Positions 20,148 to 29,776 of a stretch of 64,000 nt of DNA are shown piece by piece; within the stretch, counting starts at the first letter, position 1; each line of letters opens with the position of its first letter. The notes beneath the pieces are model-generated. The model was given only the letters and a program-made list of their open reading frames with translations, was not told the origin of the DNA and ran no database searches. Source of the DNA: an uncultured Chloroflexia bacterium (GTDB lineage: Bacteria; Chloroflexota; Limnocylindria; Limnocylindrales; CSP1-4); NCBI GenBank assembly GCA_963720755.1, contig CAVRGP010000011.1, forward strand, positions 224,001 through 288,000. The letters are read 5' to 3'. Position numbers and translations under genes: made by a program.

Positions 20148-22934
20148 GTGCGCCTCGTTGCTGCAGTCGCGGCGCTCCTGCGCCGGCTCCGAGCGGAGCG
20201 CGGGGTGATCTTCTTCGTCTTCGTCGTCGTCGCGCTCACATCCTTCGTCGTCGCTGCCGCTCCGCGACTCTACTCGCGGGTCGCCGACGACGGGCTGCGC
20301 TACGAGGTCGGTCGAGGCACGGCCATCCAGCGGAACCTGCAGTTCACGACGGTCGGGCATATCCGGGCGCAGACGGACGACCCACTGGGGGGCGTCGCCG
20401 CCCGCGGCGAGGCATTCCGCGCGGACCTGCCGGCATCGGTCGAGCGACTCGTCGGTGGAGAGAGCTTCGTCATCGAGACGAGCCGACTCGGTCTGGCCGA
20501 CCCGCCACGGTACACGACGTTCGTGACGCTCCGCCAGCAGTCGGGCCTCGACGGCCTGCTCGACCTCGCCAGCGGGCATTGGCCGGAGCGTGCCGTTCCG
20601 GCCCCCGGGGATCCCGCCGATGCGCCGCGGGTGCTCGAGGTCGCCATGTCGGCGGCGTCGGCCGCCGAGATCGGAGTCGTCCCGGGCGACCGCCTGGCGG
20701 CGAGCGTGGACCGGACCGACCCAGTCGGCAGACTGTCCGTTGTTCGAGACTCCACGCCGACGATCGAGATCGTGATCAGCGGGCTCTTCACGGTCCGCGA
20801 CCCGACCGACCCACAGTGGTTCGACGACCACAGCCTGTTCGAGGCCGCGATCGGCGGTTCAGCGGAATCCCCGATCGCGTATACGACGGCCATCTTCGCT
20901 CCGGCCGCATACGCCGACGTCCTGGGCCTCGGTCCCGCCACGCGCCTCACCTGGGATCTGTCGCTCGACGCCGATCGCCTCGATGCCCGCGACCTCGACG
21001 GGCTGACGCGCGACCTTCGACAGCTCAGCTCATCGTATGCCACGACCGGCTCGTCCCGCCCTGATGCCATCTTGCTGCATACGGGCCTTGGCGACGCGAT
21101 CGGGCGGTTTGAGGCGCAGCGAACGACCGTGGAGACGGCGCTTGCGTTGGCCGTCCTCGGTCCGGCGGCCGTGGCCGCGGGCGCGGTCGCCCTGCTCGGG
21201 ATCCTGGTCGTCCGCCGCCGCCGGCACATGCTGGCCCTGGCCCGCGGGCGTGGAGCATCGAGCGGGCAGCTGCTCGCCGCGCAGCTGGGGGAAGGACTGC
21301 TCGTGACCGTTCCCGCCGCCCTCACCGGGTTGGCGGTCGCCATCGTCCTCGTGCCCGCACCCGATACCGCCCTGTCCTCCACGGGCTCGATCCTGGTGGC
21401 GCTCGGCGCGACCGCCTTGTTGCTCCTGGCGACGTGGCCGGCGGCCAGGCGTGCCCGACGCGATCTCGAGCGCGACGACCCTCCGGTCTTCCGACTGTCC
21501 CCGCGGCGGCTGGTCTTCGAGACCCTCATCGTGGGGCTGTCGTTGAGTGCCGTCTGGCTGCTCCGCGAGCGTGGTCTGACCACGAGCGGCACCACCGGTC
21601 ACCCGCTCGGGTTCGATCCGTTCGTGGCGGCCGCGCCGCTGCTCGTCGGGTTGGCCGTCGGACTCGTCGTCATCCGATTGCTGCCCATCCCGGTGCGAGC
21701 CCTCGGCTGGGTGGCCGCGCGGCGGCGAAATCTCGTCCCGGTGCTCGGGCTTCGCAGCCTCGGCCGCCACTCGAGCGCCGGCTATCTGCCACTCCTGATC
21801 CTGAGTCTGACCGTTGCCATCGGGACGGTGTCGGTGGTGATGGCGGCGACCCTCGTGCGCGGGATGGTCCTCGTTTCGTGGCAGGACGTCGGCGCCGATC
21901 TGCGGCTCGAGGCGCCGCCCGGTCGGTCGTTCGATCCGGCCATCGACGTGCGAGCCGTGGATGGCGTCGAGGCGGCGGCCCCGGCCCTCCAGATCCCCGA
22001 CGCCGGGTTGTCGACCGGGCCGACGCAGCGATCGTCCGCGCTCCTCGTCGCCGTCGACCCGGCGGCACTCGACGACGTGGTCGCAGGCTCGCCCATGCCG
22101 CTGGCCACGGCCGCCGTGCTCGCGTGGGCACCGACCGGACCCGAGGCGGGGACGGTCGACCAGCCCATCCCTTCCATCGTGTCCGATCGGCCCGGACCCA
22201 CCGGGGCCGTGCTCGACATCGGGGATCGGTTCACCCTGATGTTCCGCGGCCAGACGATGGCGTTCACCGTCGTCGACCGTCGGTCGTCGTTCCCGGGGAT
22301 CGCCCTCGGCACCTCGTTCGTCGTGGCTCCCATGCGATCGGTCGTCGACGGCTGGAACGGGACGTCGCCGGGACCGTCGACGTGGTTCGTCCGGGGGCCC
22401 GCGGATGTCGCCGATGCGCTCCAGCAAGCGGCCGCCGGGACATCGCAGGCGACCGTCGTCTCACGCTACGAGCGACTCGCCGCCATGCGTGACGCCCCCC
22501 TCGTTGCCGCCGTCGTCGGTGGCTTTGCGCTCGCGGTCGGGATCGCCGTCCTCTACGCCTCGCTGGCGGTCGTCACGGTACTGGCGCTCGAGGCGCAGCG
22601 GCGATCCCGGGAGATGGCGTTCCTGCGGACGCTCGGTCTGACCGACCTGCAGCTCGGGCAGCTCACGATCGTCGAACAGGGTGTTCCGCTCATGTTCGCG
22701 CTGCTGATCGGGATCGCCGTCGGCCTGGGCGTGGCCTGGCTGATCGCGCCGGGGATCGACCTGACCGTCTTCAGCCACGCACAGGCCGCCATCGGCATCC
22801 AGATCGATTGGCCGACGATCGGCGAGGTGACGTTGTCGATCGTCGCGGTGGTGGTGGTGGCTGTGGCCGCCACGTCGTGGGTCGCTCGTCGGTCGGACGT
22901 CAGCCACGCACTGCGGATGGGAGAGGACGCATGA
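20148..22934 (+). CDS. FtsX/MacB-like ABC transporter permease
   Basis: LARGRGASSGQL and EMAFLRTLG FtsX motifs; paralogous architecture to the upstream permease. Confidence 0.85.
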   Translation: MRLVAAVAALLRRLRAERGVIFFVFVVVALTSFVVAAAPRLYSRVADDGLRYEVGRGTAIQRNLQFTTVGHIRAQTDDPLGGVAARGEAFRADLPASVERLVGGESFVIETSRLGLADPPRYTTFVTLRQQSGLDGLLDLASGHWPERAVPAPGDPADAPRVLEVAMSAASAAEIGVVPGDRLAASVDRTDPVGRLSVVRDSTPTIEIVISGLFTVRDPTDPQWFDDHSLFEAAIGGSAESPIAYTTAIFAPAAYADVLGLGPATRLTWDLSLDADRLDARDLDGLTRDLRQLSSSYATTGSSRPDAILLHTGLGDAIGRFEAQRTTVETALALAVLGPAAVAAGAVALLGILVVRRRRHMLALARGRGASSGQLLAAQLGEGLLVTVPAALTGLAVAIVLVPAPDTALSSTGSILVALGATALLLLATWPAARRARRDLERDDPPVFRLSPRRLVFETLIVGLSLSAVWLLRERGLTTSGTTGHPLGFDPFVAAAPLLVGLAVGLVVIRLLPIPVRALGWVAARRRNLVPVLGLRSLGRHSSAGYLPLLILSLTVAIGTVSVVMAATLVRGMVLVSWQDVGADLRLEAPPGRSFDPAIDVRAVDGVEAAAPALQIPDAGLSTGPTQRSSALLVAVDPAALDDVVAGSPMPLATAAVLAWAPTGPEAGTVDQPIPSIVSDRPGPTGAVLDIGDRFTLMFRGQTMAFTVVDRRSSFPGIALGTSFVVAPMRSVVDGWNGTSPGPSTWFVRGPADVADALQQAAAGTSQATVVSRYERLAAMRDAPLVAAVVGGFALAVGIAVLYASLAVVTVLALEAQRRSREMAFLRTLGLTDLQLGQLTIVEQGVPLMFALLIGIAVGLGVAWLIAPGIDLTVFSHAQAAIGIQIDWPTIGEVTLSIVAVVVVAVAATSWVARRSDVSHALRMGEDA

Positions 22935-22956
22935 TGTCGTCGAACATGAGGTCCCG

Positions 22957-23916
22957 ATGAACGAGCCGCTTCCCGAGATCATCGACCTCCCGACCGCCGA
23001 ACGTCGGGCCAGGACGCCTCGCCCACGATTCGGCGGGCGCGCCATCATCGTGTGCGACAACCTGGTCAAGATCTACAAGGTCGCCGATCTCGAGGTGGTC
23101 GCCCTCCAGGGTCTCGACCTCCTCGTCGAACCGGGTGAATTCATCGCCCTCAACGGTGCGTCCGGTTCGGGTAAGAGCACGCTCCTGAACATCCTCGGGG
23201 GTCTCGATGTGCCGACCGCCGGCCGCGCCGTGGTGGCCGGCCATGAGCTCACCGACATCGGCTCGCGCGAACAGACGCGCTACCTCCGACACGTCATCGG
23301 GTTCGTGTGGCAGCAGACGTCACGAAACCTCATGCCCTACCTGACGGCGCTCGAGAACGTCGCACTGCCGATGGTCCTCGATGGGGTCTCGTCGCGCGAC
23401 CGGGCCGCCTTCGCCCGTGAGCTGCTCGAGCGAGTCGGTCTCGCGGATCGCGCGGATCACCGACCTGACGCGATGTCGGGCGGCCAACAACAGCGTGTTT
23501 CGATCGCGGTCGCCCTCGCCAATCGCCCCGAGGTGCTCCTTGCCGACGAGCCGACCGGCGAGCTGGATACGACGACGGCGCACGAGATCTTCGACCTGTT
23601 CCGGAGTCTGAACCGAGAGCTCGGGATCACGATCGTCGTGGCGACCCACGATGCGCTCATCAGTGACCAGGTGAACCGCACCGTCGCCATCCGCGATGGT
23701 CGGGTCTCGAGTGAGGTGCTGCGGGAGCAGCGCATCTCGGATATCGGCGACCACCACCTGGTGTCGACCGAATATGCCGTCCTCGACCGGGCCGGCCGGC
23801 TCCAGCTGCCCAGGAGCCAGGTCGACGCTCTCCGGCTCGAACAGCGAGTCCGGCTCGAACTGCTCGACGACCACATCGAGATCTGGCCCGACCGCGACGA
23901 TCGGGGCGACCGATGA
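22957..23916 (+). CDS. ABC ATP-binding protein (LolD/MacB type) with C-terminal AbrB-like extension
   Basis: GASGSGKST, MSGGQQQRV, LADEPTG; tail VLDRAGRLQLP. Confidence 0.9.
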   Translation: MNEPLPEIIDLPTAERRARTPRPRFGGRAIIVCDNLVKIYKVADLEVVALQGLDLLVEPGEFIALNGASGSGKSTLLNILGGLDVPTAGRAVVAGHELTDIGSREQTRYLRHVIGFVWQQTSRNLMPYLTALENVALPMVLDGVSSRDRAAFARELLERVGLADRADHRPDAMSGGQQQRVSIAVALANRPEVLLADEPTGELDTTTAHEIFDLFRSLNRELGITIVVATHDALISDQVNRTVAIRDGRVSSEVLREQRISDIGDHHLVSTEYAVLDRAGRLQLPRSQVDALRLEQRVRLELLDDHIEIWPDRDDRGDR

Positions 23917-24647
23917 GCGGGACCTCTCGCCTGGCTCTCGGGCGGACGGATCCGTCGGCTCCGACCGGCCCGATCATCGAGACGCGCGGGTTGACCCGCG
24001 ACTTCCAGGTGGGTTCGAGCGTCGTCCACGCCCTGGTCGACGTCGATCTGCGTGCCGAGCGCGGGGAGCTCCTCGCCGTGCGCGGGCGGTCGGGATCGGG
24101 CAAGACGACCCTCCTGTCGGTCCTGGGCGGCCTGGACCGGCCGACGGCGGGGCAGGTGCTGGTCGACGGACGCTCGGTCGGGGAGATGGGTCAGGGGGAG
24201 CTGGTCGAATTGCGACGGCGCAAGATCGGCTTCATCTTCCAGGCGTTCGGCCTGCTCTCGATCCTGTCGGCCGCCGAGAACGTCGAAGTGCCCCTCCGAC
24301 TCGTCGCGGCGGATCCGGGCGAGCGCGACGAGCGCGTCGTGGTCCTCCTCGGCCTCGTCGGGTTGAGCGACCGCGCCAGGCACCGGCCCCATGAGCTTTC
24401 GGGCGGGGAGCAACAGCGGGTCGCGATCGCTCGCGCTCTGGCCAATCGGCCGGACCTCCTGCTCGCCGACGAGCCGACGGGCCAACTCGATTCGGCCACC
24501 GGCCGGTCGATCATGAGCCTGCTCCGAGCCGTCGTTCGGAGCGAGGGGTTGACCGCGATCATCGCCACGCACGATCCCCTGCTCATTGACCTCGCCGACA
24601 GGGTGATCGAACTGCGTGATGGGCGGCTGGTCGGTGACACCGCCTGA
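23913..24647 (+). CDS. ABC ATP-binding protein (LolD/MacB type)
   Basis: GRSGSGKTT, LSGGEQQRV, LADEPTG, ATHD. Confidence 0.92.
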   Translation: MSGTSRLALGRTDPSAPTGPIIETRGLTRDFQVGSSVVHALVDVDLRAERGELLAVRGRSGSGKTTLLSVLGGLDRPTAGQVLVDGRSVGEMGQGELVELRRRKIGFIFQAFGLLSILSAAENVEVPLRLVAADPGERDERVVVLLGLVGLSDRARHRPHELSGGEQQRVAIARALANRPDLLLADEPTGQLDSATGRSIMSLLRAVVRSEGLTAIIATHDPLLIDLADRVIELRDGRLVGDTA

Positions 24648-24686
24648 CCCGGGCATTCGTGCCCATCTGTGTCGGGGTACGTCGAG

Positions 24687-24722
24687 TAGACTTGCATCAA
24701 ACGTATGCAGTCTGGATAGTGG
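24687..24722 (+). promoter_or_regulatory. -10 TAGACT plus TGCAT-N7-ATGCA inverted repeat, candidate operator
   Basis: TAGACTTGCATCAAACGTATGCAGTCT upstream of the oxidoreductase pair; shares a 20-mer with 16699-16718. Confidence 0.55.
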
Positions 24723-24737
24723 CGGAGGACGCTCGCC

Positions 24738-26360
24738 TTGGCCCAGTCGTACGACGCGATCATCATCGGCGGAGGCCACAACGGCCTGATCAGTGCCGCC
24801 TATCTCGCACGGGGCGGGATGAAGACGCTCGTGCTGGAGCAGCGCCACGTCCTCGGCGGGGCGGCGGTCACCGAGGAGATCTTCCCGGGCTTCAGGTTCT
24901 CCGTCTTCAGCTACGTCGTCAGCCTGCTGCGCCCGGAGATCATCCGGGACCTCGAGCTCCCGAAGCATGGCCTGGACATCCTGCCGCTGGATGGGACGTT
25001 CACGCCGCTCCGCCCGGGCGAGGGGCCGGCCGCGGGTGGGGGCGACTACCTGTGGCGGGTCAACGACCATGGCCGGACGATCCGGGAGCTTCGACGTTGG
25101 TCGGCGGCTGACGCCGAGGCGTACGAGGAATATGGCCAGCTCATGGTCGAGATGGCTCGCTTCATCAAGCCGATCCTGGCGATCACCCCGCCGGACCTGA
25201 ACAGCCTCGACCTTCGCCCGATGATGCCGCTCGCCGGTCTCGCCCGCCGCTTCCAGCAGCTGCCGGAACGCCAGCGGGCCGTGTTCATCCAACTGATGAC
25301 GATGAGCGCGTCCGACTTCCTCGACCAATGGTTCGAGACCGACCCGCTCAAGGCGACGATGGCCGCGTCGGGGATCATCGGGACCTACCAGGGCGTCAAG
25401 AGCCCGGGGACGGCCTACGTCCTGCTCCATCACTACATGGGCGAGATCGATGGGGCCTTCCGCGCCTGGGGCATCCCGAAAGGCGGGACCGGCGGGGTGA
25501 GCGCGGCGATCGCCAACGCGGCCCGTGCGCTCGGGGCAGAGATCCGGATGGAGTCGCCGGTCGTCGAGATCATGGTCAAGGGCGGTCGGGCGATCGGGGT
25601 CGTTCTCGACTCGGGCGAGGAGATCTACGCGAGTTCCGTTCTGTCATCGCTCGATCCGAACCGGACCTTCCTCGGGTTGCTCCAACCGGGGGTTCTCGAA
25701 CCATCGTTCGAGGACGATGTTCGCCGGTTCAAGTTCCGCGGCTCGTCCGGCAAGGTCAACCTCGCCGTCGACCGGCTGCCCGATTTCACGAGTCTGCCCG
25801 GCGTCGGTGAGCACCTCCGTGGAGCGATCAGCTTCAGCCCGTCGATCGATGACATGGAGACGGCCTACGACGACGCCAAGTACGGGCGGTTCAGTCGCAA
25901 GCCGTACATCGACATGATCATCCCGACCCTTGTCGATCCGACGATGGCGCCGCCGGGCAAGCACGTGATCAGCTGCTTCGTCCAATACGCGCCGTACAAG
26001 CTGGCACCCGAACTCGGGACATGGGACGACCAGCGTGAGGCGTTCGGCGACGCGGTCATCGACCGGATCGCCGAATTCGCGCCGAATATCCGCGAGATCA
26101 TCCTGCACCGCAACGTCCAGACACCGCTCGACATCGAGCGGACGACCGGCCTGACCGAGGGCAACATCTTCCAGGGGGAGCTGTCATTGGAGCAGCTCTT
26201 CTTCAATCGACCCGTCCCCGGGTACGCGCGCTTCCGAACGCCGATCCGCGACCTGTGGCTGTGCGGTTCGGCGACCCATCCTGGCGGCGGGATCATGGGC
26301 GCCAACGGCCGGATCGCCGCGCTGGAGGTCCTCCGGGCCCGCGGTCGCAAGGTGGCCTGA
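24738..26360 (+). CDS. Phytoene desaturase-like (PYROXD2-type) FAD oxidoreductase
   Basis: IGGGHNGL, LGGAAVTEE, FVQYAPY, GNIFQGEL, CGSATHPGGGIMGANG; TTG start with SD GGAGGA. Confidence 0.88.
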   Translation: MAQSYDAIIIGGGHNGLISAAYLARGGMKTLVLEQRHVLGGAAVTEEIFPGFRFSVFSYVVSLLRPEIIRDLELPKHGLDILPLDGTFTPLRPGEGPAAGGGDYLWRVNDHGRTIRELRRWSAADAEAYEEYGQLMVEMARFIKPILAITPPDLNSLDLRPMMPLAGLARRFQQLPERQRAVFIQLMTMSASDFLDQWFETDPLKATMAASGIIGTYQGVKSPGTAYVLLHHYMGEIDGAFRAWGIPKGGTGGVSAAIANAARALGAEIRMESPVVEIMVKGGRAIGVVLDSGEEIYASSVLSSLDPNRTFLGLLQPGVLEPSFEDDVRRFKFRGSSGKVNLAVDRLPDFTSLPGVGEHLRGAISFSPSIDDMETAYDDAKYGRFSRKPYIDMIIPTLVDPTMAPPGKHVISCFVQYAPYKLAPELGTWDDQREAFGDAVIDRIAEFAPNIREIILHRNVQTPLDIERTTGLTEGNIFQGELSLEQLFFNRPVPGYARFRTPIRDLWLCGSATHPGGGIMGANGRIAALEVLRARGRKVA

Positions 26361-26362
26361 CG

Positions 26363-27970
26363 ATGACGACCAGCGACTACGACGCCATCGTCATCGGTGG
26401 CGGCCACAACGGCCTTGTCACCGCCGCCTATCTCGGCCGAGCCGGCCTGCGCACGGTCGTCCTCGAGCGTCGCCCGACCGTCGGAGGCGCGGCGGCGACA
26501 TCCGAACTGGCGCCGGGCGCCTTCGTCCCGACCCTCGCGCACACCGTGGGTCGGCTCCGCCCGTCGGTCGTGCGCGACCTCGATCTCAAGCGCCATGGCC
26601 TGTCGCTCATCGGGCCGGACGTCCGGGCCTTCGCCCCGGACCTCGACGGGGGAGCGGTCGTCCTGTGGGGCGATGCGGGACGCACGGCGGAGGGGCTTCG
26701 ACCCAGATCGGCCGCTGACGCCGACGCGTACGAAGGGTACGACCGCCTCGTTCGTACCCTCGCCGGGTTCCTTGGCGGGCTTGCCGGCCGTACGCCGCCG
26801 GATATCGACAAGCCGGGCATGGGTGACGCGATCGCGGGCCTCCAGCTCGGCCGGACGTATCGGGGTCTCGGGCGAGATGCCGGCCGGACGATCACCCGCG
26901 TCCTGCCGATGGCGATCGCCGATTTCCTCGCCGAATCGTTCGAGTCGGACGCGGTCCAGGCCGCGCTCGCGTGGCGCGCCGTGCAGTACACGGCCATGGG
27001 TCCATGGTCGGCCGGCACGACCGCGGTCCTGCTTATCGACGCCGCCGGGAATGACGGCGGCGCGGCCGGCCAGACGGTCTACGCGCGGGGCGGTCCCGGA
27101 GCCTTGAGCCTGGCCCTGGCGGCATCCGCGACGGCGGCCGGTGTCGAGATCCGGACAGGCGCGGACGTCATCGCCATCAGCTCGCGCGACGGCAGGGCCA
27201 CGGGTGTCGTGCTGGCCGGCGGCGAGGAGCTGACCGCCCGGGCCGTCGTGGCCGGGATCGATCCGAAGACGACCCTGACTCGCCTTGCCGATCCCGTCGC
27301 CATCGGGCCGACCCTGCTCTGGCGGGCCGGCAACCTCCGGATGCCGGGCACCGTCGCGAAGGTCAACCTCGTCCTGTCCGAGACGCCGCGGTTCACCGCG
27401 GCCGGCGATGATCCGAGCCTGATCCGTGGCCGGATCCTGATCGCTCCCGGGATCGATGCCCTCGAGCGGGCGCACGACGACGCCAAGTTCGGCCGTCCGT
27501 CCGCGGCCCCGGTGATGGAGGCGACGATCCCGTCGCTTGCCGACCCCACCCTCGTCGAAGGCGCGGAACCCGGGACGCAGGTCATGAGCGTCATCGTCCA
27601 GTACGCGCCGTACGCCCTCCGCGACGGGACCTGGGACGAACGGCGTGCGGCCTTCGGTGATCAGGTCGTGGCCGCGCTCGACGTGTATGCGCCCGGACTG
27701 GCTGGCCTCGTGACCGCTCGGCAGGTCGTGACGCCGCTCGATCTGGAACGGGATCACGGGCTTTCGGGTGGCCATCCGATGCACGGAGAACACGGCCTGG
27801 ACCAGTTCTTCCTGTGGCGCCCGCTGCTCGGGCATGCCCGCTACCGGCTGGCCATCGACGGGCTGTACCTTTCGGGCGCGGGATCGCATCCGGGTGGCGG
27901 GATCACCGGCCAGAACGGCCAGAACGCGGCCAGGGAGATCGTGTCCGACCTCAAGAAGCGTCGCCGCTGA
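26363..27970 (+). CDS. Second phytoene desaturase-like FAD oxidoreductase (divergent paralogue)
   Basis: IGGGHNGL, VQYAPY, TPLDLE, GAGSHPGGGITGQNG. Confidence 0.88.
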   Translation: MTTSDYDAIVIGGGHNGLVTAAYLGRAGLRTVVLERRPTVGGAAATSELAPGAFVPTLAHTVGRLRPSVVRDLDLKRHGLSLIGPDVRAFAPDLDGGAVVLWGDAGRTAEGLRPRSAADADAYEGYDRLVRTLAGFLGGLAGRTPPDIDKPGMGDAIAGLQLGRTYRGLGRDAGRTITRVLPMAIADFLAESFESDAVQAALAWRAVQYTAMGPWSAGTTAVLLIDAAGNDGGAAGQTVYARGGPGALSLALAASATAAGVEIRTGADVIAISSRDGRATGVVLAGGEELTARAVVAGIDPKTTLTRLADPVAIGPTLLWRAGNLRMPGTVAKVNLVLSETPRFTAAGDDPSLIRGRILIAPGIDALERAHDDAKFGRPSAAPVMEATIPSLADPTLVEGAEPGTQVMSVIVQYAPYALRDGTWDERRAAFGDQVVAALDVYAPGLAGLVTARQVVTPLDLERDHGLSGGHPMHGEHGLDQFFLWRPLLGHARYRLAIDGLYLSGAGSHPGGGITGQNGQNAAREIVSDLKKRRR

Positions 27971-28045
27971 TCAGCCGCCTTCGAGGTGTCGTGGTGGACC
28001 GCAGGCGTCCCATTCGGGTCCCCGTCTCGCTACCATCGTAGGGTC

Positions 28046-28768
28046 ATGACCTCGTCGCCGACGTCGCCCTCATCGGGATCCCAGGTGGCCCGCGCGGCCG
28101 CCGATCCCGTCTCGGACGAGCACCGGGTATTCACGTTCACCCTGGAACGGATCGTCTTCTTCTCGGACGCCGTGTTCGCGATCGCGATCACCCTGCTGTC
28201 CATCGACCTGCGCCTGCCCGACCTCCCGCCGGGTCAGTCCGACGCCTCGTTCCTCGCCGCTCTCGGCGGTCTTGTGCCGTCCTTCGGCGCGTTCATCCTG
28301 AGTTTCATCGTCATCGCCGCCTATTGGATCGGCCACTATCGGACGATGCGCTACGTGACCGATCCGGACGGCCGCTTCGTCGCCATCAACTTCGCCTTCC
28401 TGTTCTGCATCGTGCTCATGCCGTTCGCGACATCGATCATCGCCACCGAGGGCGACCTCGCGAGTGGTGCGATCGTGTACGCAAGCCTTGGCGTGGCGAC
28501 CGGGCTGACGTCGACCCTGCTGTGGGTCTACCCGGCCCGGATCGCCCACCTCGTTGTCCCGGCGGTCACCCCGTCGATCGCCCGGTACGTCACCGATCGG
28601 TTGGCGGTGGTCCCGATCGTGTTCGCGCTGTCGATCCCGGCTGCATTGATCAACCCGCGCCTCGCCTGGCTCCTGTGGTTCGCCGCCGCCCCGATCCAGG
28701 CGATCGTGACTCGACGCCATCGGACGGGCGGCCGGCTCGGGCTCGGTCGTCTGCGGCCGAGCCCATGA
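28046..28768 (+). CDS. TMEM175-family potassium channel
   Basis: RIVFFSDAVFAIAITLL (FSD motif), SFIVIAAYWIGH, about 6 TM helices. Confidence 0.88.
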   Translation: MTSSPTSPSSGSQVARAAADPVSDEHRVFTFTLERIVFFSDAVFAIAITLLSIDLRLPDLPPGQSDASFLAALGGLVPSFGAFILSFIVIAAYWIGHYRTMRYVTDPDGRFVAINFAFLFCIVLMPFATSIIATEGDLASGAIVYASLGVATGLTSTLLWVYPARIAHLVVPAVTPSIARYVTDRLAVVPIVFALSIPAALINPRLAWLLWFAAAPIQAIVTRRHRTGGRLGLGRLRPSP

Positions 28769-28807
28769 GCTGGGAACCCCGCGCTGCGGGTCGCTCGCGC
28801 GGCCGGG

Positions 28808-29776
28808 TCAGTCGTCCGGTGGCACGTCGGGGAGACGGAACTCCCAGGTGCGGAGCCGCTTGAGCAGGCTCCGGCCGGTCAGGTCAAGGTGGATCGGCGT
28901 GATCGCGATGCGTCGATTGATGACCGCGTGGAAATCCGTCCCGGGGACGGCCAGACCTGACGGTGGCGGTCCGCCGATCCAGAAGTAGGGGATGCCCCGC
29001 GGGTCCTGGCGTTCGATGAGTTGGTCCTGATAGACGCGTTTGCCGAGTCTCGTCACCTCGAACGCCGCGTCCGTCCCCGGTTCGACCGCCGGAACGTTGA
29101 CGTTGATGAGTTCGCCCGGCGACAGTCCGTGCTCCAGGATGTTGAGCGCGACCGCCGCGGCGGCCCGGCCGGCCAGCGAGAAGTCGGGATGCTCGTAGTA
29201 CTCCTGCGAGATCGCGAAGGCCGGGCAGCTGTTGATGACGGCCTCCATGGCCGCGCTGACCGTCCCCGAATAGGTGATGTCGTCGCCGAGGTTCGCCCCG
29301 TAGTTGATCCCGGATGCGACGAGGTCGAAGCCGTGGTCGAAGTAGCCAAGGAAGGCGAGGCTGACCGCGTCCGTGGGCGAACCATCCACGGAGTAGGCGA
29401 GCGATCCATCACCGAGCGTCCGTTCGCGGACCCGCAGCGGTCGCATGAGTGTCTTCTGGTGGCCGACCGCGCTCTGGTTGGTGTCCGGGGCGACGACCGT
29501 CACCTCGCCCAGCGGCTCGAGCGCCTGCTTGAGTGCGAGCAGGCCGCGCGACTCGACGCCGTCGTCGTTGGTGATCAGGATCCTGGGCCGGCTCGTCCAC
29601 TCCCCGAGGGGTCGAGCATGCGCTCGCAGGGCGCGTGGGCCACCGCGCGCCGCACCTCCCGCGACCGGTTCCCCACGCTCCTTGTCGACGTCGCGGCGTT
29701 CCGATCGCGCGCGTTCGCGAGTCATGTCCGGCACCTCAGCCGAACGCTCCTTGTCCGTTGCCTCGTCTTCGGTCAC
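28808..29776 (-). CDS. surE: 5'/3'-nucleotidase SurE with N-terminal extension
   Basis: ILITNDDG, GSPTDAV, SGINYGANLG, YSGTVSAA; GTGA overlap with the AI-2E gene. Confidence 0.93.
   Translation of the reverse strand: MTEDEATDKERSAEVPDMTRERARSERRDVDKERGEPVAGGAARGGPRALRAHARPLGEWTSRPRILITNDDGVESRGLLALKQALEPLGEVTVVAPDTNQSAVGHQKTLMRPLRVRERTLGDGSLAYSVDGSPTDAVSLAFLGYFDHGFDLVASGINYGANLGDDITYSGTVSAAMEAVINSCPAFAISQEYYEHPDFSLAGRAAAAVALNILEHGLSPGELINVNVPAVEPGTDAAFEVTRLGKRVYQDQLIERQDPRGIPYFWIGGPPPSGLAVPGTDFHAVINRRIAITPIHLDLTGRSLLKRLRTWEFRLPDVPPDD

Noticed and set aside
24738-27970. Carotenoid biosynthesis (crtI) call
   Set aside because: No crtB/crtE context, and the motifs fit the broader PYROXD2-like subfamily.
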